A stretch of 64,000 nt of DNA from Rebecca billardiae RCC1528 (GCA_965240325.2 OZ251235.1:1798001-1862000); one strand, 5' to 3'; shown: positions 39,191 through 52,900, counted from the first letter of the stretch. Notes: generated by a model not told the origin, from the letters alone. Program-made: numbers and translations.

Positions 39191-42100
39191 GGCAGCAGGA
39201 GGAGGGCCAGCTGCGCGCACGCCTCGATGCGCAGCGCTTCGACGGCGGCGGCGGGAGCGGCGGCGGTGGCGGGGGCGCCGACGGCGGCGGGCGCGGCGGC
39301 GGCGGCACGCGCCTCCCGGCCGCAGCCGGCGGTCCGGCCGGCGGCGCCTCGCCCGGCGCCGCGCCCCTGGCAGGGCAGTCGCCCGCTCAGCAGTCACGAG
39401 GGCACCACGACGGCGGCGTCGAGCTTGAGGCCCTGCTCGCTCGGCTGAGCGCGTCCGAGGCGGCGCAGGCCGCGCTGCACGAGCAGACGGCGCAGCTGCG
39501 CGCGCAGCTCGACGCTCAGACCCGGCTGGGCGAGGCTCGGCTGGCCGCGGAGGTGCGTCAGCGCTCGGAGCTCGAGCTGAAGGTGCGGCTGCTGGAGGCG
39601 TCGGCGGAGCAGCGCGCGGCGGGCGCGGACGCGGGCGCGCGCGAGCTCGCAGCCGCGATCGACGAGCTGCGCGCGCGCGTGGCCGACGCGCGCGAGACTG
39701 CGGCCGCGGCGGCAAACGGGGCCGACGGTGCCGGCGCGCGCGTCGCGGACGCTCTTGCGGAGCTCAGCGAGGTGCAGCGTGCGGCGCGCGCGCGCGACGC
39801 GGACGTGGACGCGGCGGTGGGCGCGCTACGGGCTGGGCTCGACGAGGCGCGCGCGGCACTGGGGGGCGAGCTCGCCGAGCGCGCGCACTCGGCGCGCGAG
39901 CGCGCGCACTCCCTCGAGGACGAGGCGGCGGCTGCGGGCGCGGCGCTCGGCGCGGCGGGCGCGCGGCTCGATGCGCTTGAGGCGACGACGGCCGCGCTCG
40001 CCGACGCGGTCCGCGACGCGTCGGAGCGCGCGGAGGGCCACGCCGCCGCGGCGCACGAGCAGCTCGGCGCGCTCGGCGCGCGGCTCGACGCGCACGCGAG
40101 CGACGCGGGCGCGCGCGCGGACGCGGCCGAGGCGGCGATCGTCGCCGCGCGCGCCGACGCGGAGGCTGAGGCGCGCGCCGCGCGCGACGAGAGCGCTGCG
40201 CTCGCGCAGCGGCTCGAGGCGGCGGAGGCGGCGGCGGAGGAGGCGGAGTCGGCACTCGGCGCGCGCGCGGACGCGCTCGTGCGCGAAGGCGCGCGGCTCG
40301 AGGCCGCGCTCGGCCGCGAGGCCGAGGCACGCGAGCATGGGCTTGCCGAGCTGCGACAACAGCTGAGCGCGGACAAGGAGGCGGCCGCGCGCGCGCTCGG
40401 CGCGGCCGCGGCCGCCGCCGCCGAGCAGAGCCGCGCGATCGAGGCGGTGCTGCGCGCGGAGGTGCGCGCGCGGCTGCACGGCGAGGCGCAGGCGCGGATG
40501 CGGCTCGACGCCGCCGACGCCGCGCTCGCCGCGACGCGCGCCGAGACGGCCGCAGCGGTGGACGACACGGCCGCGACGCTGGGCGCAGCGCTCCAATCTC
40601 TCACAGCCGACACGGCGGAGGGGCGCGCCGAGCTCGGCGCCGAGCTGAGCGTGCTCAAGGAGCGGCACGCGTCGGTGGAGCGCGCGCGCGACGCGGCGCT
40701 CGCGCGCGTGTCCGACTCGCTCGACGCGGCGCTCGCGTCGATGCGCGCCGAGCTCGGCGCCACCACCTCCGCCGCTGAAGGCTCATTGGGCGCGGCCGAG
40801 GCGCGCGTGCTCGCGCTCGCCGAGCGCGCGCTCGACGGCGTGCGCGCGGACGTTCGCGCGGCGGAGGCGCGGCTGAGCGCGACGGACAGCGCGCTCGCGG
40901 GGCGGATCGCGGACGTGGACGCGCAGGCGGAGGTCCGCGCCGCGCTCGCCGATATGGTCGCCGCTGTCGAGGGCGAGGCGGTGGGCGCGCGCCTCGCCGC
41001 GTCCGAGGTGGCCGCGGCGGGCGCGGTGCGCGCCGCAGTCGTTGCCCTCCGCTCTGAGGGCGAGCAACTTGCCAAGTGGCTGCAGCGCACGGACGCGGCG
41101 GTGGCGGACGCGACGGCGGCGGTAGAGGCGGAGGCGGCGGCGCGGGAGGCCGCGGACGATGAGCTCCGCGCCTCCGCCGACTCCGCCTCCGCCGTCGCGG
41201 ACGCCGGGCTCGCTGCTGTGCGCCGGGCGCTCAGCACGCACGTCGAAGCCCTGGCGGCCATGCTGACCGAGACGCGCGGCGCAGCCGAGCGCGCCGACCT
41301 CGCGCTCGCCGGCGCACTGACCGAGCTCGAGAGCCGACTGGGCGGCGGCGCGGCCGGCGGCGCGCTCGGCGGGCCAGCGCACGCCGGCGGTGCGGGCGCG
41401 CTCGGCCTGAGGCTCGAGCTCGAGCGCCAGCTCAGCGCGCTCGAGGCGACCGCGGCCGCCGAGCGCTCGGGCTTGGCCGCGTCGCACGCGGATGGGGTGG
41501 AGGCGGCCGAGGTGGCGTCGGTGCTGCGCGGCGTCGTCGACCGCGTCGCCGACGCCGAGTCGGCGGGCGCGCTCGGCGACGCGCGCGCGCTCGCCGGCCG
41601 CGCAGCCTCCACCGCGCGCGACGCGGAGTCGCACGCGAGCGCCGCCGAGCGGCGCGCGCGCTCGCTCGAAGCCGCCATGGCTGGGCTCGCTGCCGGCAGC
41701 TCAGACCTGAGGGCTCACATCGACTCCGCCATCGAGGAGCTGGCCAGGCGCGTGGATGCGCTCGCTGCGGGCGGCGGCGGCGCGGCGGGGCCAGCGCAGC
41801 CCGCGCCCGCCGCCGCCGCCGGCGGCGAGAGTGCCGACGCGGACGGCTCGGCCGACGACGACCGCAGCGATGACGACGACGGCGAGGGTGGCAAGGGCGG
41901 TGCCGGCGGAACGGGCGGCGGCGCGCTGGCGAAGCTCAAGGAGCGTGTGGAGGTGGAGAAGCGCCGAGCCACCGCCGCGCTCGAGGCGCTCTCGTCCAGC
42001 GTCGACGGCGCGAGGCAGCTCGCGTCCACCGCCGCCGTCAGCGCCGCGCGCGCCGAGCAGGCCGTACGCGAGGAGGCGGAGGCGCGCGCGGCCGCGATCG

Positions 42101-42815
42101 CAGCGCTCGCGACGGGCGGCGGCGCCGCCGCGCCCGCCGCCGCCGCGCCGCCGCCCGTCGAGAGCGCCGACGGCGCGCAGGTGGACGAGCTGCGGGCGCA
42201 GCTGCTTGTGCTCCGCGCCGAGGCCGAGGCGACGCGCGCGGCCACCGCCACCGAGCTCACGGCCCTCGAGGCGAGGCTGATGGCCGTGACGGACGAGCAG
42301 GCAGCCGTCCTCGAGCGACTGCACGGCGCGACCGACGAGCTGCTGCAGGCGCGCGGCGCGGCGGGGTCGGGCGGCGGAGGGACGGAGTCCGGGGCGGAGT
42401 CCGGGGCGGGGGGCGGGCAGCTCGAGCAGAAGATCGCGGAGGGCGAGGCGGCGATCAAGGCGCTCGGCGAGAGGCTGCAGGCCGTTGTCGACGGCGGCGG
42501 CGCGGGCGGGCGCGAGGCTGCGGAGCTCAAGGTGCGGCGCGCTCGTCGAGCGCGCGCCGCCGCGCGACTGTCACCGCAACTCGTGTGCCAGCGCGGAGGC
42601 CTGCCCAGCGCGCCCGGACGGGGGGCTGTGCGCGCGGAGCGTGGCGCCGTGCGCGCGCGCGCGTGCGCCGCTGCTCGCTGACACGGTGCGCCCCGCGTGC
42701 TTGCGTGCTGCCCGCTCGTGCCGCGCGCGCCGCGCGCCGACCACGCCCGCAGGCGCGCGTCGAGGCTGTCGAGGCACAGCTCGCGCAGACTCTGCAGCAG
42801 CAGCCTGCGGCGTGA
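38227..42815 (+). CDS. Large coiled-coil protein with polyQ tracts; exons 38227-42531 and 42753-42815
   Basis: Start MAIDPYIG, ~1000 aa of Ala/Glu/Arg/Leu heptads, GT-AG intron 42532-42752. Confidence 0.8.
38935..39198 (+). repeat. Coding (CAG)n tracts interrupted by TGG and CGG
   Basis: Two CAG tracts at 38935-39003 and 39070-39198. Confidence 0.95.
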
Positions 42816-43052
42816 GCCGTACCTCTGACTCGACTCGGCTGCTGACTCTGACTGACTCGGCTGCTGACTGTAGTAGTCGTAGTCGATCTCGCGCCTGCCG
42901 GTGACCTCAGACGGCTAGCAGTAGCTCGGTCCCCGGCCCCGGGGCTGCCGTCATGCATCGGATGGATCATCGTCCGCGAACAGTAGTTTGTCATTTGATA
43001 TATATATATATATAGTTATATATATATAGTCGTTCGTAAACTGCTATATATA

Positions 43053-43915
43053 TGTGGCGGGGTTATTGGCACAATTGAACTGATTGTCTAAGAGGACGGT
43101 GGGAGCGCAATGCGCCGTATCAACACCTGCCTGCCATTCAGCCTGAGCCAGGCGGCCGAGCTTAAGTCCGGCTGCCATCTTGGCCACCCTCTTCTCGTGC
43201 CACGAGGGACTTTCGAGCCCGTGCTCTGTGCGCACGCACGACGGCCTAGAACGACCTACTCTCTGCGCTGCTCCTGGGCCATAGGCTCACTAGGCAAAAT
43301 TGGCATGGCGGTCAGGACGGCCAATTCGTGAACTGGGTTTTTCATCAGGCGCCGAGCCAACCGTTACCGTCGCTGCTGCATGCCTCCCGCTCACTCGCAG
43401 CGAGCGCCCTTCGGAAGCGCGGCCCACTGTCCTGATGGCTGCAGCTGTTTCCGGCGGCCCGCAGCTTCGAGGCGCCCTGTGCACGATGTCCTTCGTGCCT
43501 CGCTGTCGTCCGGCTTGGCGGCTCTCGAGCTGCGTCGTCCAAGCTGCCCCGCCCGCCCACCCCTGCTGTTGGCAGCTTGATGTTGCCTGGCGATTTTGCC
43601 GCTGCGTCGGCGCGGTGCGCCCTCCGCCATCGATCTGTTCCTCGGTTTGGCATGCTGCTCGCTCTCTCACTCTGCGGGCCGGCGCGCTGGAGGGATCCAT
43701 CTCACACCGCGCGTCTGTCGGCGTCGAGCGGCCAGTCCTGCCGCGCGCTCGGCCCGAGCGCTGGCTGCCGCTCGCACTTGGTTTCGAGGAACAAAAATCC
43801 CATACAATATGTATAAAGTCTGGTCTTGCCGCGTGGCTTCGCCCTGCCCGGCGTGTGCCTCAGCCTCGCCTCGCATCCTCACTGCATCTGGATGGCGCAG
43901 GCGCTTCGAGGACGG

Positions 43916-43920
<5 letters not shown>
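43053..43920. mobile_element. Possible solo LTR or other microsatellite-targeted insertion
   Basis: Begins TGTGGCGG after (TA)n and ends GACGGCTACA before (CA)n, an imperfect TG...CA inverted end. TATAAAG near 43812. No clean TSD. Confidence 0.3.

Positions 43921-44002
<82 letters not shown>
43918..44002. repeat. (CA)n microsatellite, ~42 units
   Basis: Seen directly; (TA)n tracts nearby at ~42998-43028, ~44030-44046 and ~44339-44365. Confidence 0.98.
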
Positions 44003-44006
<4 letters not shown>

Positions 44007-44568
44007 GTTATAATATATATATTACTGTATAATTATATATATATATTTAACGACGTGGCAGCATCGGACAAGCGTCAGGCTCAGAGTGCAACAGACACAT
44101 AGAATGCGTCCGCGCCTTCCGTCCAGGTCAGACAGTGCGCCACCCGCAGCCCTGCCCCCCTACGGGAGCGGGGCCGGGATGGAGCACCGCCTCGGCCTGG
44201 GGCACGCGGCGGCGACGGCAGATGCCGCCGCGGCCGAGCGCCTTCCGGAGCACTTGGATGAGGGTGAGGTCGTAGTCGATGTCGCCGCCCGCCGACCTAG
44301 CGGCGAGCAGCTCCGGCAAGCGGCAGCCGCGGCTGTCGATATATATATATTATATATATATATATACGAATAATTAATAATTTAATCGGAGGTTATCTGG
44401 TAGCCTGCTGTGGGAGTGTGGGTGCCAGTGTGAAGCCAGCAGTCACCGTCTCACGTCGGAGTCAATAAGTCCGAGTCGGGCGCCGCCGCCCGGCCACCGC
44501 CTCCGCCGCCGCCGGCTGCACGGGCGGCTGGCGAGCGCCGCAGCCGATGCGACTCGTGACCGTGCTCG

Positions 44569-45495
44569 CTACTTGATGAAGAGGAAGAGGGGTCTCGAGG
44601 CGAAGCCTCGCGCGACGGACGCGCCATACTCCACGGCCACCTGCTCACAGCACCGGAAGCCGACGTAGTCGAGGAGGAACTGCGGGAAGGCCTCGGGCCG
44701 GAGCTCGATCGACGAGTAGTGGCGGAGCGTGGTCTCGCTCATGTGCTTCTTCCTCTGGTACGAGGTCCACGGCTGCGGCTCGAAGATGAACGCGCCGCCG
44801 GGCGTGAGCATGCGGTGCACGTGCTCGAAGAGAGCGATGATGGCCTCGTCGCCGCCATTCAGGTGCACCCACTTGCTCGTGCTCAGGAAGAGGACCGTGT
44901 CGAACGCGCCGTCGCCAAACTGCGCGGCCGAGTCGCGGATGTCGAGCACCTCGAAGCGCACGTTGTCCGGAAACTCGAAGCGCCGGGCCGATGCTGTCCG
45001 GGATCGCGCGACGAGGCCCATCGAGAGGGCAAGCGAGATGGGGAACTCAATCGCGCCCTCGTCTGCGACTGCATCTGCGGCGGCCGCGCTCGATGCAGCC
45101 GGTGCCGCCGCCGGTGCGGCGTGCGGCGGCGCCTTTGCGTCGGCCGGCGCTGGGTGCGTGCGCGCCTTCTCCACGGCGGTGCGCGCGTATGCGATGAGCT
45201 TCTCGTCGAGATCGACGCCAACCATCGACTCACAGCGCCATCGGCGCGCGATCGCGATCGCGACCGTGCCCTGGTGGCAGCCAATGTCCAGGCAGCGCCG
45301 GCCGTTGAACCAATCCGGGCGCATGGCGAGGACGCGCGGGTCGATGTTCGCGTGGCCTACGCCGCCGCGATCGGCGTAGTAGTGTGGGAAGCTGCCGTGC
45401 GACTGGAGGCTGCGCATCGGCGCCTTGGCGTTCTCGCGACGCGGTGCCTTCTGCGGCGGCCCCTCTGACGGGGCGTGCGCAGGCGACGACGCCAT
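44569..45495 (-). CDS. MEPCE: RNA 5'-methylphosphate capping enzyme (MePCE/Bin3/Bmc1)
   Basis: HGSFPHYY, DPR, CLDIGCHQG, GVDLD..LI, FPDNV.F, LSTSKWVHLNGGD and FIFEPQPWTSY. Confidence 0.93.
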   Translation of the reverse strand: MASSPAHAPSEGPPQKAPRRENAKAPMRSLQSHGSFPHYYADRGGVGHANIDPRVLAMRPDWFNGRRCLDIGCHQGTVAIAIARRWRCESMVGVDLDEKLIAYARTAVEKARTHPAPADAKAPPHAAPAAAPAASSAAAADAVADEGAIEFPISLALSMGLVARSRTASARRFEFPDNVRFEVLDIRDSAAQFGDGAFDTVLFLSTSKWVHLNGGDEAIIALFEHVHRMLTPGGAFIFEPQPWTSYQRKKHMSETTLRHYSSIELRPEAFPQFLLDYVGFRCCEQVAVEYGASVARGFASRPLFLFIK

Positions 45496-46189
45496 CGTGA
45501 CGTGATGTCCAGCTTCGAAAGACAACACGGGATGATTGTGACGAAACACAGCAAAGTTGGTGTCGACCGGCTGCGGCGCGCCGTTGTGTTGCGCCGGTGC
45601 GGCGCGCGCCGACCAATCAGCGGCCCGAAAATCGTCTGTGACAGGGATTCGCACAGAGCGAGCTTACCCCGTTGGGCGTCAATCTCGCCTGCCTTGAGCT
45701 GTGTGCGTCTCTTATTCTTAGTCAAACTGTATCTACCCCGCGCGCCCGGCCCGGCGGGTTTTCAGGGATGGCTATGTACATAATAACCGTATTTCCGAAG
45801 GCAGGTGCGAGATTAATACGACCGTTGCAAGGCCGTTTTGACGATGATATGGGGGTAATTAAAATAAATTACGACGCGACTTTCCGAGTACTTCCGACCC
45901 CCTGCAGACGCCGCTTGGTTAATAGTAAGTAAGTTTGTGAACCTACTACCCGCCCGCCTCATTGATATATTCAGCGCCCAGTGTCGTCGGCTCTCCCGCT
46001 CGGTCGCTCGGCTGATTACTACGGCTATCTCCCTCCCGGTCCGGGTCAGCCACTCAGCCCTTCCTCGTCATCATATATTACTCGCCCAGCCGGAAGGCGC
46101 AAGCCCCCCCCCCCCTGCACACCATACTACAGCTCGGCACCCCCTCCTCGGCCTATCCGCCCGACGTGGTTGCCTGCGTTAAGTTCTCG

Positions 46190-46948
46190 ATGCTGTGGCT
46201 GGCGCTCGCTACGCTGAGCGTCGCGATTGGCGCCTCTGGCGCTCACGTCCCCGAGTGGCCTGATGGTTCCCCGGGGCACCGCCGGGCGTCGTCAGCCGAC
46301 TCCTCGTCCCCACGCCGCGTGGACGTTGGGTACGCGCGCGATCGCGACCGGCCGACCGGATTGCCCGCGCCGGTCTCGCGCGGCGTTCGTGTGAGTGGAA
46401 CTGAGGGTGCCTGCCAGGCGCGGGCTGGGTGGCATCCGCGTGGCGGCATGTGGGCGATGCGATTCCGTGGAGAAGAAGCCGAGCGCCCGCGCCGGCACGC
46501 CCGCAGCATGTGCTTTGCGCTCGGCGCTCGTTGAACCGAGTCGTTGCGCTTCTTTGCGCCTTCTTCTGACCACTCGGCACGCCGGCACGCGGCGCGCGCG
46601 GCGGGCGCCTGCTTCCGTGCGCTCGCTGCAGGGCTGAGGATGGTCACGCCAGGCGCGGCCTCGTCTCAACGGACTTGCCGAGCCACGCACAGGTCCAGAC
46701 GGCGGCGTCTCGCCGCAACAAGGTCGACTCGCTCGGCACGCCCTCGCCGCTCGCGCTGGTCGAGTTCGACGACACGCCCGCGGCGATTCCGCTCGGCGAG
46801 GATGCGCGCGGAGAGCGCATGCTGACCGAGGCCCTCGCGTGGGACGCCCTTCGCACGGCCACGCAGCTCAAGTACTCCCCGCTCTCCGCGCTCTCCGCGC
46901 TCTCCACTCCGGTCTTCTCCTTCGTTCCGAGCACGCCTGACCCCTCGC

Positions 46949-46979
<31 letters not shown>

Positions 46980-49900
46980 CTCGCCCTCGCCCTCGCCCTC
47001 GCCCTCGCCCTCGCCCTCGCCCTCGCCCTCGCCCTCGCCCTCGCCAACCCCGCCGCCGAGCCCTCCACCACCGCCGCCACCAACCCCGCCGCCAAACCCG
47101 CCACCGAGCCCTCCGCCGCCGCCGCCACCAACCCCGCCGCCGAGCCCTCCACCACCGCCGCCGCCGATGCCGCCGCCGAGCCCTCCTCCGCCACCCCCGC
47201 CGATACCGCCGCCCAGCCCGCCGCCACCACCCCCGCCGGCGCCGCCACCGAGCCCGCCACCGCCGCCGCCGCCGACGCCGCCACCGAGCCCTCCGCCGCC
47301 GCCCCCGCCGGTGCCGCCGCCGAGCCCGCCGCCGCCGCCCCCGCCGGTGCCACCGCCGAGCCCGCCGCCACCGCCTCCGCCGGTGCCGCCGCCGAGCCCT
47401 CCGCCGCCGCCTCCGCCGACGCCGCCGCCGAGCCCTCCGCCGCCGCCGCCGCCGATGCCGCCGCCGAGCCCTCCGCCGCCGCCTCCGCCGACGCCGCCGC
47501 CGAGCCCTCCGCCCCCGCCACCGCCAAACCCGCCGCCGAGCCCTCCGCCCCCGCCGCCGCCGACGCCGCCGCCGAGCCCTCCGCCCCCGCCGCCGCCAAA
47601 CCCGCCGCCGAGCCCTCCGCCCCCGCCGCCGCCAAACCCGCCGCCGAGCCCGCCGCCGCCGCCCCCGCCGGCGCCGCCGCCGAGCCCGCCGCCGCCGCCC
47701 CCGCCGGCGCCGCCGCCAAGCCCGCCGCCGCCGCCCCCGCCGGCGCCGCCGCCGAGCCCGCCGCCGCCGCCCCCGCCGGCGCCGCCGCCAAGCCCGCCGC
47801 CGCCGCCCCCGCCGGCGCCGCCGCCGAGCCCGCCGCCGCCGCCCCCGCCGGCGCCGCCGCCGAGCCCGCCGCCGCCGCCCCCGCCGACGCCGCCGCCGAG
47901 CCCGCCGCCGCCGCCGCCCCCGACGCCGCCGCCGAGCCCGCCGCCGCCGCCCCCGCCGACGCCGCCGCCGAGCCCGCCGCCGCCGCCGCCCCCGACGCCG
48001 CCGCCGAGCCCGCCGCCGCCGCCCCCGCCGACGCCGCCGCCGAGCCCGCCGCCGCCGCCGCCGCCGACGCCGCCGCCGAGCCCGCCCCCGCCGCCCCCGC
48101 CGGCGCCTCCGCCGAGCCCGCCGCCGCCACCGCCCCCGACGCCGCCGCCGAGCCCGCCGCCGCCGCCGCCCCCGACGCCGCCGCCGAGCCCGCCGCCGCC
48201 GCCGCCCCCGACGCCGCCGCCGAGCCCGCCGCCGCCGCCGCCACCAACGCCGCCGCCGAGCCCGCCGCCCCCCAGCCCGCCGCCGCCACCACCACCGAGC
48301 CCGCCGCCGAGCCCGCCACCCAGGCCGCCACCAGGCCCACCGCCGTCGCCTCCGCCATCGCCACCGCCGAGCCCGCCCCCGCCAAGCCCGCCGCCACCGC
48401 CGCCACCGAGCCCGCCACCCAGCCCGCCACCCAGCCCGCCGCCATCGCCTCCGCCGAGCCCGCCGCCCAGCCCGCCGCCCCCGCCGCCGCCGAGCCCGCC
48501 ACCGAGCCCGCCGCCGAGCCCGCCGCCGGGCCCGCCGCCGAGCCCGCCGCCGTCTCCGCCCCCATCCCCTCCGCCGAGCCCGCCGCCGCCCAGCCCGCCG
48601 CCGCCACCACCACCGAGCCCGCCACCCAGCCCGCCGCCCAGCCCGCCGCCCAGCCCGCCGCCATCGACGCCGCCATCGCCACCGCCGAGCCCGCCGCCCA
48701 GCCCGCCGCCACCGCCGCCATCCCCGCCGCCCAGCCCGCCACTGCCATCCGACCGTCCTCGCGAGCCACCGCCATCGCCGCCAGCCACGCCGCCTTCGCC
48801 ACCCCCATCTCCGCCGCCGAGCCCGCCGAGCCCCCCGCCATCACCCCCACCGCCGCCGCCTCCCAACCCGCCGCCGCCCTCCTCGCCGCCGCCGCGCGTC
48901 GGCTGCATCGACCCCCTCGCCCTCAACTACGACTCGCTCGCCGGCGGCTGCCCCAACCTGTGCTGCGTGTACGCCGTGCCTGGCTGCCTCGACTCGCTCG
49001 CCACCAACTTCCGCTCGGACGCCAACATCCAGCCCGACGACATCGTCTGCCTGTACTCGCACCTGGGCTGCACGGACTCGTGGGCGGCCGACTACGACTC
49101 GACCGCCACCGACTACGCCGGCTGCCTGCCGTACAAGCTGGGCTGCACCGACTCGACCGCCGTCAACTACGACTCGGCGGCGGACACGGACGAGGGCTCG
49201 TGCGTGTACCAGGTGGTGGGCTGCACGATCTCGACGGCGTGCAACTACAACTCGGAGGCGACGGTGATGAACTCTGCGGCCGACTGCGACCTGAGCAGCT
49301 GCAGGGGCTGCACCGACAACACCGCCGCCAACTACGCCTCGGACAAGTCGCAGGACGACGGCAGCTGCCTCTACCCCGGCTGCACGTCCACGGGCGCGAC
49401 CAATTACGACTCGACGGCCAACCGCTTCCTCGCGGGCTCATGCTCGTTCCCGCGCGCGGGCTGCACGGACTCGCGCGCGATCAACTTTGACCCGCTCGCG
49501 ACCGTCGACGACGGCCAGTGCGTCATCTTCGGCTGCAACGTGCCGAGCGCCATCAACTACGTCTCCTACTCGACCGCCAACGACGGCAACTGCACGTTTG
49601 TGAAGCGCGGCTGCCAGGACTCGCTCGCGCTCGACTACGTCTCGGACGCCGTCGAGGGCTCTGAGTGCGCGTACCAGATCCTCGGCTGCACCTCGACGGG
49701 CGCGACCAACTACAACTCGCTCGCGACCGTGTACGACGGCTCGTGCCAGTTCGTGACCGACCGCGGCTGCAACAACCCGGACGCGCTCAACTACAACTCG
49801 GAGGGCTCGAACAACGCGCTCGACTGCATCCTGCGCATTGAGGGCTGCCGCAACTCGCTCGCGCTCAACTTCAACCCGAACGCGACCATCCAGACGGCGG

Positions 49901-52900
49901 CCACGCCGTGCGTCCTGCCGCGCGTCGGCTGCACCAACCCGCAGGCGACCAACTACGACTCGCGCGCCAACACGGAGGCGGTGCCGAGCACGTGCATCCT
50001 GCTCGTCGAGGGCTGCACCAACCCGAACGCGCTGAACTACAACTCCCTCGCGACGACGCTGCGCCCCGGCTCGTGCACGCTGCCCGTCCCGGGCTGCATC
50101 GACTCGACCGCGATCAACTACCGCTCGGACGCCAACATCGAGGCCACGTGCGTGTACTCGGTGCTCGGCTGCATGGCCACGCTCGCCATCAACTACGACT
50201 GCTCCGCGACGGTCGACGACAACAGCTGCATCTTCCCCGTCGACGGCTGCACCGACTCGACCGCGCTCAACTACATCGCGGCCGCGAACACGGAGGACAA
50301 TTCGTGCATCTACCGCCACCTGGGCTGCCTCGCCACGCGCGCGCTCAACTACGACTCGACGGCGACCGTGGACGACGGCAGCTGCATCTTCCCCGTGACC
50401 GGCTGCACCGACTCGACCGCGCTCAACTACCGCTCGGCGGCGACGGTGGACAACGGCGGGTGTCTCGCGGCGTACCCCGGCTGCACGGGGAGGAACTCGC
50501 TCAACTACGACCCGACCGCGAACGTGGACGACGGCAGCTGCGTGGCAAAGGTGTTTGGCTGCACCAACCCGGCGGCGACCAACTACAACTCGCGCGCCAA
50601 CACGGAGTTCGGGCTGTCCACCTGCCTCATCGCCGGCTGCACGGACGTGAACGCGGTCAACTTCGCCCCGCTGGCCACCATCGACGACGGCACGTGCGTC
50701 GCGCCGGTGTACGGTTGCCAGGACTCGAGCGCGGCCAACTACGTCTCGGGCGCGACGCGCTACCTCAAGTGCCTGTACACGGGGTGCATGAACACAAACG
50801 CGATCAACTACGACGCGAAGGCGACCATCCAGAGCCCGTCCGACTGCCAGTTTGAGTATGCGCGCGGCGTCGTGCAGGTGGTCGCGCAGCGTCGCGGCTG
50901 CCTGGTCGAGGCGATGCGCCCTGACGGCACGCGCGTCGGCCAGGCGGTCAGCGCCTTCAACGGCGCGTACGACCTGCTGTACACCGACCGCAACGCGATG
51001 CTGGTCGTGGACGCGTCCTCGCAGTGCCGCGACTCTATCAGCGGCAGTTCGCTCTCCTTCAAGCTCACCGGGCCTATCACGGGCAAGGTGGTCTCGCCGC
51101 TGACGACGCTGTACATGCGGATGCTCGACGCCCCGTACGACCTCACGGAGGACGCGACGCAGCTCCTGCTGTGGCCATGCTTCGACTACTCGCAGCTCGT
51201 GGACGTCTCGACGTACAAGCCGCTCACCCAGTACATCAGCGGCGACCAACTGTCGATCCAGGTCGTGCGCGCGTCCATCGTGATCGGCGAGTGGCTCGGG
51301 CGGATGGTGCAGCTGCTGGGGCCGTACTCCAGCCGCAGCACCGTCGAGGACGCCGTGCTGCGCACCATCGCGGACGTGTGCGTGGACAACCCGGCGCAGC
51401 AGGAGAAGGTGGTCTCGGTGCTCTCGAACACGACGCACGTGTACGACCTCATCGTCGAGGTGCGCGACCGCGCGGGCCTCACCGCCGCCAACGGGCCCAA
51501 CGTGATCGACATGCTGCGTGTCACGAACGAGCTAGTCGTCGCGAACGAGTTCGCCATCGACACGTGGCAGGGCCCCGGCGCCTTCGACCTCCGGCGCGGC
51601 CGCCGTGCGCTCGACGCGCCGCGCGGCCGAGCGCTGCAGGATGTGACCTGCACCAACAACGAGCTCCAGATCACCTACGGCGCGACGGCGTGCCCCTTGC
51701 CTGGCTGCACCGACTTCGAGGCGGACAACTTTGACGCGACGGCGACCGTCGATGACGGCAGCTGCCAATTCCTCGGCTGCACCGCGACCAACGCCATAAA
51801 CACCGACCCGCGCGCCACCGTGGACGACGGCAGCTGCGAGTACGACATCATCGGCTGCCTCGACTCGCTCGCGCTCAACTACAACTCGAACGCGACTTCG
51901 CAGGGCAGCACCGTCTGCGCCTACAGCATCCTGGGCTGCACGGACACGGCGGCGATCAACTTCAACCCGGTGGCCAACACGCTCCAGGCGAGCAGCTGCC
52001 GCTACCGCCACTTTGGCTGCGTCGACTCGACCGCGACCAACTTCGACTCGACGGCAAACACGGACGACGGCTCGTGCATCTCGCCGCTCGGCGGCTGCAC
52101 CGACCCGCTCGCGACCAACTACAACTCGGACGCGGCGGTGGACGACGGCTCGTGCTTCCTCTCCGGCTGCAAGAACTCGAACGCGGACAACTACGACTCG
52201 CTGGCCACGGTGAACGACGGCAGCTGCTTCTTCCTCATCCGCGGCTGCTTCGACACGCGCGCGGACAACTACGAGTCGGCAGCGACCGTGGACGACGGCT
52301 CGTGCGTCATCAGCGGCTGCAGCATCCCGGAGGCGGACAACTACCTGTCCGCCGCGACCGTGAATGACGGCTCGTGCACGGGCGCCATCCCTGGGTGCCC
52401 GAACCCCGCCGCGAGCAACTACGAGTCCTTCGCGACCGTCGACGACGGCAGCTGCGTCCTCAACGGCTGCACGCTCACCTTTGCGCGCAACTACGACTCG
52501 ACCGCCAACACGAACGACGGCAGCTGCATCTACCCCAAGTTCGGCTGCACCGACTCGACCTCGATCAGCTACCGCTCGACGGCGGACACGAACGACGGCT
52601 CGTGTCAGTACGCCGGCTGCCGCACCTCGCTCGCTGACAACTACGACTCGACGGCGACGGTGGGCGACGCAGCTGCATGCTCGTTCGTGAACGTGCTCGG
52701 CTGCACGGACTCGGCCGCGGACAACTACGACTCGATCGCCGGGACGGACGACGGCTCGTGCGTGTTCACCGGATGCCTCAACCCGCTCGCGGGGAACTAC
52801 AACCCAAGCGCGACCGTCGACTCGAACGACTGCGTCAACATCGCGGTCGTCGGCTGCCTCGATCCGGCGGCTGACAACTACGACTCGCTCGCCGACGTGG

